Of a stretch of 64,000 bases of DNA, positions 19,902-28,343 are shown in pieces; position 1 is the first letter of the stretch; every line of letters starts with the position of its first letter. Source of the DNA: an uncultured Lachnospiraceae bacterium (GTDB lineage: Bacteria > Bacillota > Clostridia > Christensenellales > UBA1242); assembly GCA_964646345.1 (NCBI GenBank), contig CAZYDU010000002.1, forward strand, positions 103,961 through 167,960, read 5' to 3'. Below the pieces are notes generated by a model that was not told where the DNA came from, made no database searches, and saw nothing but the letters and a program-made list of their open reading frames with translations. Made by a program: the position numbers and the translations under genes.

Positions 19902-21275
19902 ATGGAAAATTTAACAATGGACAAACTTGTATCACACTGCAAAAGCACTGGAATCGTATATCCTGGTTCAGAAATCTATGATGGTTTAGCAAATACATGG
20001 GATTACGGTCCTGTTGGTGTTGAACTCAAAAACAACATTAAACGTGCTTGGTGGAAAAGATTTGTTCAAGAATCTGAAAATAGTTATGGAGTTGATGCGT
20101 CAATCATGATGAATCCAAAAGTTTGGGAAGCATCTGGTCACGTTTCATCATTTACCGACCCAAAAATGGATTGTAAAACTTGCAAAACCAGAACAAGAGC
20201 TGACAACCTAATCGAAGCACATTCAAAAGGAAGTGTTGATGTTGACGCAATGAGCAATGAAGAATTGGAAGCTTATATCAACGAACACAAGGTTAAATGC
20301 CCTGTTTGCGGAAACTTTAACTGGACACCTATTCGTCAATTTCACTTAATGTTCCACACATCAAGAGACATCACTGGCGATGCAAATGATATTATTTATC
20401 TTCGACCAGAAACCGCTCAAGGCGAATTTGTAAACTTTTTAAATGTGCAAAGAACAACCAGAGCAAAGCTTCCTTTCGGTATTGGACAAATTGGTAAAGC
20501 ATTTAGAAACGAAATTACCCCAGGAAACTTTACTTTCAGAACTATTGAATTTGAACAAATGGAACATCAACTTTTCTGCAAAAACGAAGAAGACGGCTTC
20601 AAATTTTATGAAAAATACAAAAAAGACGCAATGGATTTCTTGCTTGATTTAGGTTTCAATAAAGAACACTTAAACTATAAAGACCACGAAAAATTGGCAT
20701 TTTACGCAAAAGCAGCATGCGATATCATCTTTAAATATCCATTCGGCTGGAATGAACTTAATGGTATTCACTACAGGACCGACTATGATTTGTCGCAACA
20801 TCAAAAGTTTTCAGGCAAAAACATGCTTTACATTGACCCTGTAACCAATGAAAAATTCATTCCACATGATGTAGAATACTCTATCGGTGCTGACAGATTA
20901 ACCCTTGCAGTTCTTTGTGAATTTTATGATGAAGAACAACTCGAAGGCGGAGACACAAGAGTTGTTTATCATTTCCACCCTGCTTTAGCACCATACAAAG
21001 TTGCAGTTTTACCACTTCAAAAGAATCTTTCGGAACAAGCAAGAGAAATTTATAAAAAACTCTCAAAACACTTTATGTGTACCTATGACGAAGCAGGCTC
21101 TATTGGAAAAAGATATAGAAGACAAGACCAAATCGGCACACCTTTCTGCGTTACAATCGACTTTGATACACTTGAAAACAATACAGTAACCGTTCGTGAC
21201 CGTGATACAATGGAGCAAATCAGACTAACACCTGAAGAATTGATCCATTATGTTCAAGACAAACTTGTATTCTAA
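19902..21275 (+). CDS. glyQS: Glycine--tRNA ligase (alpha2 homodimeric type)
   Basis: MDKLVSHCKSTGIVYPGSEIYDGLANTWDYGPVGVELKNNIK and class II motifs (FRNEITPGNFTFRTIEFEQME). ATG at 19902 with AGGAG upstream. The track TTG start at 19866 lies in the T-box terminator tail. Confidence 0.95.
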   Translation: MENLTMDKLVSHCKSTGIVYPGSEIYDGLANTWDYGPVGVELKNNIKRAWWKRFVQESENSYGVDASIMMNPKVWEASGHVSSFTDPKMDCKTCKTRTRADNLIEAHSKGSVDVDAMSNEELEAYINEHKVKCPVCGNFNWTPIRQFHLMFHTSRDITGDANDIIYLRPETAQGEFVNFLNVQRTTRAKLPFGIGQIGKAFRNEITPGNFTFRTIEFEQMEHQLFCKNEEDGFKFYEKYKKDAMDFLLDLGFNKEHLNYKDHEKLAFYAKAACDIIFKYPFGWNELNGIHYRTDYDLSQHQKFSGKNMLYIDPVTNEKFIPHDVEYSIGADRLTLAVLCEFYDEEQLEGGDTRVVYHFHPALAPYKVAVLPLQKNLSEQAREIYKKLSKHFMCTYDEAGSIGKRYRRQDQIGTPFCVTIDFDTLENNTVTVRDRDTMEQIRLTPEELIHYVQDKLVF

Positions 21276-21308
21276 TCCATTAATGCAAATGCTGAAAATT
21301 TCACTATT

Positions 21309-21341
21309 AAAAAGGTATTATGTTTGACATAATACCTTTTT
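21309..21341. terminator. Bidirectional terminator; copy 1 of a recurring palindrome AAGGTATTATG-N5-CATAATACCTT
   Basis: ggtattatg / cataatacc, a perfect 9-bp stem flanked by A5 and T5, between convergent genes. Confidence 0.7.
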
Positions 21342-21351
21342 ATTTCGCATT

Positions 21352-22182
21352 TTAGCCTATCTGGTTTTTTAAATTATTGTATAAATTTAAATTAGATTCT
21401 TTTTTACCTTCGTCCCCCAAAATTTCATAAAGCGATACATTTGCACCATAGTAACGCATCAGTTCATATTTATAAACCAATTTATCGTTTTCAGTTGTAT
21501 TTTTATTATCCACCAATGAAACCAACCCGGCTACTTTAGCTTCCACTAAGTCTTCCATTGAAATAAGTTTAGAATTTTCAACATCAAGTTCTGATAAAAC
21601 AATAAACTCACTTAACAATTCTTTCTTTTGTGATTTTGTTAAATTTGTATCTCCCACAATCAAATCAACAAAAACTGCAAATGTATATTCTTTATACTTA
21701 CCGCTTTTTGTTTGCTGATAAACAAAAGACTCAACATTTTTAGAATTTAAAGAATAAAGACAATACACTTTCCTGGCCGTCAAATATCCATTTACATTTG
21801 CCGTTGATGCAATTAGTTTTTTATCATTGAGCTTTGAAATTGTTGCATTATCCATTGCCTTGCAAAAGTCTTGATAATCATTTCTTGCAAGAATCTCATT
21901 CAAGTAATTCAATTCCTTTTTTGTTTTACCTAGATTTTCTTCACATATAATAACATTATATAAATCCGCAATATTATCACTTCTTTTGTATATTAATTGA
22001 TAATTATACTCTTGAACCTTCTCCATCCCCAACGTTTGATTGATTTTTAGGCTAAATTTTGGAAATAAAACAAAGATAGAACAAAGTATAAGCATTAATC
22101 CAATAAAACAATCTAAAAAGGTTTTAAGAGCAATTTTGGCGATATTTTTCACATCTTTTTCATTATTCAAAGTCTTATCCAT
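21352..22182 (-). CDS. Hypothetical membrane-anchored protein (276 aa)
   Basis: One N-terminal TM and no recognisable domain. Its start overlaps the rpiB stop (TAATG). Confidence 0.5.
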   Translation of the reverse strand: MDKTLNNEKDVKNIAKIALKTFLDCFIGLMLILCSIFVLFPKFSLKINQTLGMEKVQEYNYQLIYKRSDNIADLYNVIICEENLGKTKKELNYLNEILARNDYQDFCKAMDNATISKLNDKKLIASTANVNGYLTARKVYCLYSLNSKNVESFVYQQTKSGKYKEYTFAVFVDLIVGDTNLTKSQKKELLSEFIVLSELDVENSKLISMEDLVEAKVAGLVSLVDNKNTTENDKLVYKYELMRYYGANVSLYEILGDEGKKESNLNLYNNLKNQIG

Positions 22183-22667
22183 TAAAACCTTCTTCCTTTT
22201 TCTATTTCCGTTATTTCATCAAGACGTCTTTGATGTCTCCCACCTTCAAATGGTGTTGAAATAAATACATCTAATGCCCTTATCATTTTTCTCTTACAAA
22301 TTTTCACAGAATAGACTTCATTTGATTTTCCCGCAGGAAAAACTATGCAATTAGCATCTTCATCATTTCTTGAAAAGAAAGCATCATCTTCGGTTTGAGC
22401 AAGAACTGAACGAATACCACTAAATTTATTAGCAACAACATTCATTCCAACACCCGTTCCACACAACAAAATCATGCCATCGCATTTTTTTGACAAATAT
22501 TCTTGATAAGCCTTGCTTGCCAAAATTGGATAATCGTTATTTTCCGTAGTCTCGCTTTTAATTTCCAAGCATTCTATATTTTTTTGAGTCAAAAATTCTT
22601 TAATTTTTGAAACATACTTTTCATCAACTCTATGGTCATAAGACACAACAAATTTATTAAAAAACAT
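22182..22667 (-). CDS. rpiB: RpiB/LacA/LacB family sugar-phosphate isomerase
   Basis: LLCGTGVGMNVVANKFSGIRSVL and DANCIVFPAG motifs. Confidence 0.75.
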   Translation of the reverse strand: MFFNKFVVSYDHRVDEKYVSKIKEFLTQKNIECLEIKSETTENNDYPILASKAYQEYLSKKCDGMILLCGTGVGMNVVANKFSGIRSVLAQTEDDAFFSRNDEDANCIVFPAGKSNEVYSVKICKRKMIRALDVFISTPFEGGRHQRRLDEITEIEKGRRF

Positions 22668-22739
22668 ACAATTTTCTCCATTAATAGTTTATAATTTTTA
22701 GCCTATTATGTCAACCAATAAAAAAGAAGTGATAAATTA

Positions 22740-22925
22740 TTATCGCTTCTTTTTCTTGTTTGAGTAGTTTATTTTTTTCTTCAAATCAACAATTTCTCTT
22801 TTAAGGGAAACTAAATCTTTTTCCTGAGTGTCAATTATTCTATCTTTTTCTAAAATGACATCATCAATAAATCCAGTTTCATATCCCCTAAATGCAGTCG
22901 GATAATCTAAATTTACTCTTTCCAT
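22740..22925 (-). CDS. Small DivIVA-domain protein
   Basis: FRGYETGFIDDVI followed by a coiled coil. Sits downstream of sepF, as in dcw-distal clusters. Confidence 0.55.
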   Translation of the reverse strand: MERVNLDYPTAFRGYETGFIDDVILEKDRIIDTQEKDLVSLKREIVDLKKKINYSNKKKKR

Positions 22926-22969
22926 AAGCTACCCCTATAAGTAGTATGGACAATTTTCGACAAAAAATA

Positions 22970-23560
22970 CTAATTTTGTGGATTTTGTTGATTTTGTGGA
23001 ACTTTAATATTAAATCCCTCAGGAGTAAGCAAGAAAATATTACTTTCAACACGCTGAATCATGCCATTCAATGCATAAATTGCCCCAAATGTGCAATCCA
23101 AAAGACGTTGTGAGTCATATTCATTCATATTCGATAAATTCAATACAACCGACTCGCCTTCCTTTAAATAATTGATAACCACTTGAGATTCTTCAAAAGT
23201 TGAAGGATAAACAAATTCAACATTTTTCGTTCCGTAACCGCCAACATTTGAACTCATACCATAAGAAGATGAAGAAATCGAATTATAGCTCGTCCTATTA
23301 TATTGGTCTGGATTATCCGCATAACTCACTGTAGTTTGTGGCTTTGTATCAATATCCTTCTCTTGTTTTAAAGAATATTTTCTTGCCGCCTTATCCGCTT
23401 TTTCTTGAGCAAGTCGAGCTTTGTATTCTTCACGTTTACGTTTTTCTTCTTGTTTTTTTCTTAACTTTTCTTCGTGTTTTCTTTGTTTTTCAACAGAATC
23501 GTCATAAACTTTTTCATCTTCAAAGCCAACACCTTTCATAAGCCAATTCATAAATCCCAT
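22970..23560 (-). CDS. sepF: Cell division protein SepF
   Basis: C-terminal SepF/DUF552 core: VVINYLKEGESVVLNLSNMNEYDSQRLLDCTFGAIYALNGMIQRV. The ATG at 23560 has AGGAG 9 nt upstream; the track start at 23569 is TTG. Confidence 0.8.
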   Translation of the reverse strand: MGFMNWLMKGVGFEDEKVYDDSVEKQRKHEEKLRKKQEEKRKREEYKARLAQEKADKAARKYSLKQEKDIDTKPQTTVSYADNPDQYNRTSYNSISSSSYGMSSNVGGYGTKNVEFVYPSTFEESQVVINYLKEGESVVLNLSNMNEYDSQRLLDCTFGAIYALNGMIQRVESNIFLLTPEGFNIKVPQNQQNPQN

Positions 23561-23638
23561 AAAAATCAACTCCTAACAAGTTTATAATAACATATTTTAC
23601 GCAAATTTCAAATTATTTTTCCATAATTTTCACTTTTA

Positions 23639-24373
23639 CTACAAACAATCGTACATTTCGATAAAATTGATATAAAAACCAACAAAATAATTACACACAT
23701 AATTTTGTTTAGATTTTGTAATAGAAAAATTCGTTAAAAAATTCGACATTTGCAAACAAAACATTTCCCCAAACCCAACAATTAATTTAGCTAATTCACT
23801 TTCCACGTTTACTTTACTTAAATTTTCTAAATCAAGACGATTTTTTACCACAGTCGAAATCAATTCACTTTCTTTGATAGTTCCAGACAAATACGCCATT
23901 TGCAAATCCTGAAAACTCTTAGAAAGTTTGTAAATATATCTAAAGACATCTTCTGCCGATGTCGATTTTATTTCCTTTTTATTCCCACGAGTCACAGCCT
24001 TAGTCTTTATCTTTAATACCTGAGACTCAGGAAAATAAGCACTCAAGTTTGATTTAATTTCTTCTGCATCAGACAAATCCAAATATACATTAGCAATTAA
24101 ATAAAAAGTATTATCCTTATTATAAATTACATTTGCTCCACCCAAATTTTTAAGTAGTTCCGATTTTGTTTCAAGTTCGGATTCTTTTTTACTTGAAGCA
24201 ACACTAACAAAATATATTTCTCTTTCATCAAAGAGTAAATTTTTCTTTTTTATAACAATTAAAACCGCTGACGAACTTATTGCAAATAAAAAAATTAAAA
24301 TCACTTTAATCACTGATTTTATCTTGGTTTTAGTGCTGTTTTTTAATTTATTACGTGTCACTGAAATTTGCAA
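23639..24373 (-). CDS. Membrane-anchored protein with a possible SPOR-like domain
   Basis: N-terminal TM. The stretch IYFVSVASSKKESELETKSELLKNLGGANVIYNKDNTFYLIANVYLDLSDAEEIKSNL resembles a SPOR repeat. Tentative. Confidence 0.35.
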   Translation of the reverse strand: MQISVTRNKLKNSTKTKIKSVIKVILIFLFAISSSAVLIVIKKKNLLFDEREIYFVSVASSKKESELETKSELLKNLGGANVIYNKDNTFYLIANVYLDLSDAEEIKSNLSAYFPESQVLKIKTKAVTRGNKKEIKSTSAEDVFRYIYKLSKSFQDLQMAYLSGTIKESELISTVVKNRLDLENLSKVNVESELAKLIVGFGEMFCLQMSNFLTNFSITKSKQNYVCNYFVGFYINFIEMYDCL

Positions 24374-24524
24374 TTAGCTATATCCCCTTATAAAATTGAA
24401 GTACGCTTAATTTATGGCTAACCAATTCTATGACAAAAAGAGCAAAAACTTGACTAAATCCAATAATAAAGCGGTTATAAAAGCCATAAAAATACATATA
24501 ATTAAGTGAAAATAAGGAGAATCT

Positions 24525-24815
24525 ATGAATTTAAAACCATTATTTGATAGAGTTGTTTTAAAAAATATTCAAAAAGAAAAAGAAACTCTGTCAGGAATTA
24601 TCATTCCAGAATCCGTTGGCGATGAACCAATTTATGCCGAAGTCATCGCAATCGGCGATGGCGACACTTTTGAAGGCGAAAAGTGCGAGATGGCTGTTAG
24701 TGTCGGAGACAAAGTACTTTACAATAAATACGGCGGTGTTACTTTCAAAATCAACGGCGAAGAATTTGTAATATTACGCCAAAGCGATATTCTAGGAAAA
24801 TTTATGGAGAAATAA
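24525..24815 (+). CDS. groES: Co-chaperonin GroES
   Basis: MNLKPLFDRVVLK...SGIIIPES...GDKVLYNKYGG. Confidence 0.95.
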   Translation: MNLKPLFDRVVLKNIQKEKETLSGIIIPESVGDEPIYAEVIAIGDGDTFEGEKCEMAVSVGDKVLYNKYGGVTFKINGEEFVILRQSDILGKFMEK

Positions 24816-24816
24816 T

Positions 24817-26400
24817 ATGAGTAAAAAAATTTTAAGCGGGCTTGAAGCTCAACAAAAACTAAAAAATGGCATACAAAAAGTTGCCGATGCTGTAAAAATC
24901 ACACTTGGGCCAAAAGGCAAAAATGTTGTACTTGATAGAAAATTTGTCACACCATTAATCACAAATGATGGTGTAACAATCGCAAAAGAAATTGAATTAA
25001 ACGACCCTTTTGAAAATATCGGAGCAAATCTAATCAAAGAAGTATCCATTAAAACCAATGAAGTTGCTGGAGATGGCACAACAACCGCATGTGTACTTGC
25101 CAATGCAATAACTCAAGAAGGCTTTAAAAATATCACAAGCGGAGCGAATCCAATCATCTTAAGAAAAGGTATTGACAAAGCAATAAAAACCATAGTTTCT
25201 AAACTAAAAGAATTATCAAAACCAGTTTCCAGCAACACAGAAATAGAACAAATCGCCAGCATATCAGCAGGAAATGAAGAAATCGGAAAGCTCATTGCAA
25301 CCGCTTTCGATAAAGTTGGAAAAGACGGAGTTATAACCATTGAAGAATCCAAAACATCACAAACAAACTTAAAAGTTGCACAAGGCATTGAATTTGACAA
25401 AGGCTTTATATCTCCTTATATGGCAAACAACGAATCACAAACCACAATTCTTGAAAATGCTTATATTTTGGTTACTGATAGAAAATTATCAAACCTAACC
25501 GAATTATTACCCCTTTTTGAAAAAGTCATTGCATCAACAAAACCTTTACTAATTATTGCCGAAGATATTGAAGGCGAAGTTTTATCTACCCTAGTCGTAA
25601 ATAATTTACGTGGAACATTTAATGCCGTTGCTGTAAAAACTCCAGCCTTTGGCGACAAACAAAAAGAATTTTTGGAAGACATCTGTTTGCTTACCAGTGC
25701 AAAGTTTATTTCTAAGGATTTACCGCAAGATTTAAAAATGCTTGAACTCGAAGACCTTGGAACTGCAAGAATAATCAAGGTTACAAAAGATAAAACCACC
25801 ATTATTGACGGACACGCAAATCAAGTAAAAATCGCCGAAAAACGAGAATTTTTACATTCTATTAATATTGAAGAACTTGACAATTTCGACAGAATAAAAC
25901 TAGAAGATAGACTCGCAAGACTTTCTGATGGTGTTGCTGTTATTGAAGTTGGTGCACCAAGCGAAATTGAAATGCATGAAAAGAAATTAAGAATCGAAGA
26001 TGCATTATCTGCAACAAAATCCGCAATGCAAGAAGGCATTGTTGCCGGCGGTGGAACAGCTCTCATAAAGTGCAAAGATTCACTAAATGATTTAATTAAT
26101 TCCTTAACAGGAGACGAACAAACCGGTGCAAAAATAATTAGAAATATTTTAAGTAGCCCACTTAAGCAAATTGCCGAAAATTCAGGCATTGACAGCGGTA
26201 TAATTATCTCTAAAGTAGAAGAAAACACTAACATCAACTTTGGATTTAATGCTGAAACTGGCACTTTTACTGATATGTTAAAAGCTGGAATTATCGACCC
26301 TACAAAAGTCACAAGAACAGCACTTGAAAACGCAGGCAGTGTCGCATCAAGCATTCTAACGACTGATGTTATCGTTGCAGAAATTCCAGAAAATAAATAA
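24817..26400 (+). CDS. groEL: Chaperonin GroEL
   Basis: 527 aa with AGDGTTTA and GGGTALI motifs. Ends without a Gly-Met-rich tail. Confidence 0.97.
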   Translation: MSKKILSGLEAQQKLKNGIQKVADAVKITLGPKGKNVVLDRKFVTPLITNDGVTIAKEIELNDPFENIGANLIKEVSIKTNEVAGDGTTTACVLANAITQEGFKNITSGANPIILRKGIDKAIKTIVSKLKELSKPVSSNTEIEQIASISAGNEEIGKLIATAFDKVGKDGVITIEESKTSQTNLKVAQGIEFDKGFISPYMANNESQTTILENAYILVTDRKLSNLTELLPLFEKVIASTKPLLIIAEDIEGEVLSTLVVNNLRGTFNAVAVKTPAFGDKQKEFLEDICLLTSAKFISKDLPQDLKMLELEDLGTARIIKVTKDKTTIIDGHANQVKIAEKREFLHSINIEELDNFDRIKLEDRLARLSDGVAVIEVGAPSEIEMHEKKLRIEDALSATKSAMQEGIVAGGGTALIKCKDSLNDLINSLTGDEQTGAKIIRNILSSPLKQIAENSGIDSGIIISKVEENTNINFGFNAETGTFTDMLKAGIIDPTKVTRTALENAGSVASSILTTDVIVAEIPENK

Positions 26401-26456
26401 AGAAAAGGAGTTGAGTTGCACAAAATTTATTTCTAGTGCATTTCAAACTCCTATTT

Positions 26457-27434
26457 TTATTTATCATTTTTCAAAACATTTTGTATTGACAAAAATCTTC
26501 TGTCAAATGTAGGTTTTTTCTTCATATTATCAATCGTTTTATTTTCAACGGTTTTTGATTTTATCATTTTTCCTGGCTTAATATAACCCGATTCTAAAAG
26601 TTCAATATCTGATTTTCTTTTTGATTCTTCAATTTTACGCACATTTTCATCATAAACTTTTATATCTTCCTGTTTTTCAGTCATAAGGTCTGCCATAATA
26701 TCTTTAAGCGACATGTTAGGATTAAGTGCTTCATTAAAATCAAACAAACTATCAGCAGTAGTTGGAATTGTTGAAATAACCTTTTTATTTTCAGGCATAT
26801 CGTAAAAAATTTCGTTTAACCTATCTTTTGATGACGAATCTTCATCAACCTGTTTTTCAACTTTCTTTCGAAGTCCAATGTCTGCAATAATACTTTGTTC
26901 ACTCTTTTTAGGTCTACCACGTTTTCTTGTGACGCTTGAACCAATTTTTTGACTAAACTCTTGTTTTAACCTATCAAAACGAGACTGAATATCTCCAACC
27001 GGTTCTGTTTCTCTCTTTTTATTGGAAATAAAAGCACGGTCATCGTTCGTTAAAACTGAATTTTTTTCAAGTTCATTGCAAATATCATAGATTTTATTTT
27101 CAATATAAGAATAAGAATCCTTGTATTCAAGCATATCATTTTTTATAAAGTCACTTGAAATTTTGCCCGCACGTTCCGCAAAAGCATCTTTGGTTTTCGC
27201 AACTTCAGAACAAACCGCTAAAAGCTCGGCAACAGCCGTTTCTTTTAAGTACTTAATCTTCCTTTCATACAAAATCAAGGCACGTGCAGTAGCTTTTTCC
27301 CTTTCCTTGTACTCTGCAATAATTTTTTTATCTCTATCTCTTTCCTTTTCAAGTTTAGAAAGTTTATCTGTTGTTTCAATGAAAGAGATTTCTTTTTTTG
27401 TTAACTCATCAAGACTGACATTATTTTTTTTCAT
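26457..27434 (-). CDS. Hypothetical coiled-coil protein with an RGRP (AT-hook-like) motif
   Basis: 325 aa, charged and helical. RKRGRPKK at aa 170-177. AAGGAG RBS inside the lgt 3' end, giving a 14-nt overlap. Confidence 0.5.
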   Translation of the reverse strand: MKKNNVSLDELTKKEISFIETTDKLSKLEKERDRDKKIIAEYKEREKATARALILYERKIKYLKETAVAELLAVCSEVAKTKDAFAERAGKISSDFIKNDMLEYKDSYSYIENKIYDICNELEKNSVLTNDDRAFISNKKRETEPVGDIQSRFDRLKQEFSQKIGSSVTRKRGRPKKSEQSIIADIGLRKKVEKQVDEDSSSKDRLNEIFYDMPENKKVISTIPTTADSLFDFNEALNPNMSLKDIMADLMTEKQEDIKVYDENVRKIEESKRKSDIELLESGYIKPGKMIKSKTVENKTIDNMKKKPTFDRRFLSIQNVLKNDK

Positions 27435-28215
27435 TAGCTACTCCTTGCTTTCTTGATTGAATATAAATAATAATAAATAATACAATACCAATTACAATCA
27501 TTAATACACTAAATAATCTAGAAATTGCAATATTTCCGAGTTTTAAAATATATTCTTCTTGTCTAAACTGCTCCAAAATAGTGCGAACTGTTCCATAATA
27601 AACCAAATAAGTTGCAGTAGGTAAACCCTTTTTGTTAGAACACAAGTAAATTAATGAAAGTATAAAAAAACCAAACAAGTCCAATATAGACTCATACATA
27701 AACAATGCCTGATAATATATACCATCAACTTTCACAGCAAAAGGAAATCTAGCATAAATTGAGTCACTTGCAATTACTTGACCATAAACTTCTCCATTGA
27801 AAAAATTACCCCATCTTCCAATAGCTTGAGCTAAAATCAAAACAACAACCAAAGTGTCAAAATAAATCCACTTGCTAGTTGGCTTTTTGATTAAAACATA
27901 AATAATCAAACCGATAGCACCGCCAATAACAGCACCAATAATACTCATTCCACCAGTTCTAAAATTAAAATAATCAGCAAATGTTAAACCTTCTTCAAAC
28001 AAAACCGAAAAAAATCTCGCAGACAAAATACCAATAGGCACAACAACCAATGCAATGTTTATCGGTATTTCAGTATCATACTTTTTCGCTTTACACATAA
28101 TAACAGCAACACCAATCGCAATCAAAATTGACAAGCACATTATCACACCATACCAGTAAACTTCGGTATTTCCGATTGTAAAAGCAACTCTGCTAATAGC
28201 TAAAAAATTTTCCAT
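27421..28215 (-). CDS. lgt: Prolipoprotein diacylglyceryl transferase
   Basis: YWYGVIM, GRWGNFFNGEVYG, and multiple TM segments. Confidence 0.9.
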   Translation of the reverse strand: MENFLAISRVAFTIGNTEVYWYGVIMCLSILIAIGVAVIMCKAKKYDTEIPINIALVVVPIGILSARFFSVLFEEGLTFADYFNFRTGGMSIIGAVIGGAIGLIIYVLIKKPTSKWIYFDTLVVVLILAQAIGRWGNFFNGEVYGQVIASDSIYARFPFAVKVDGIYYQALFMYESILDLFGFFILSLIYLCSNKKGLPTATYLVYYGTVRTILEQFRQEEYILKLGNIAISRLFSVLMIVIGIVLFIIIYIQSRKQGVANEKK

Positions 28216-28343
28216 ATAATTATTATATTAAAATATAAATTTAATGTCAAGAAAGTAGAACAAACGATATAGTTAATATAATTTCGCATAAAAAAACACC
28301 CTTCAGTGAAGCGTATTTCACATCACACTGGGTGTTTTTATTT

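Noticed and set aside
24374-24524. Looked for the CIRCE/HrcA operator upstream of groES.
   Set aside because: There is no TTAGCACTC-N9-GAGTGCTAA-like inverted repeat. I found only a weak TTGACT with poorly spaced -10 candidates, so I made no promoter or operator call.
24849-26423. Four long antisense ORFs (84, 95, 113 and 200 aa), all in the same minus-strand frame, cover almost the whole of groEL. In an AT-rich genome this looks like a hidden overlapping gene.
   Set aside because: In this antisense frame a stop needs a sense-strand xxT-TAx, xxC-TAx or xxT-CAx. That means Tyr, His or Gln codons following a pyrimidine-ending codon. GroEL is poor in Tyr and His, so the open frame follows from amino-acid composition. 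The translated products are low-complexity (S/F/I/L-rich), and there are no RBS-like sequences.
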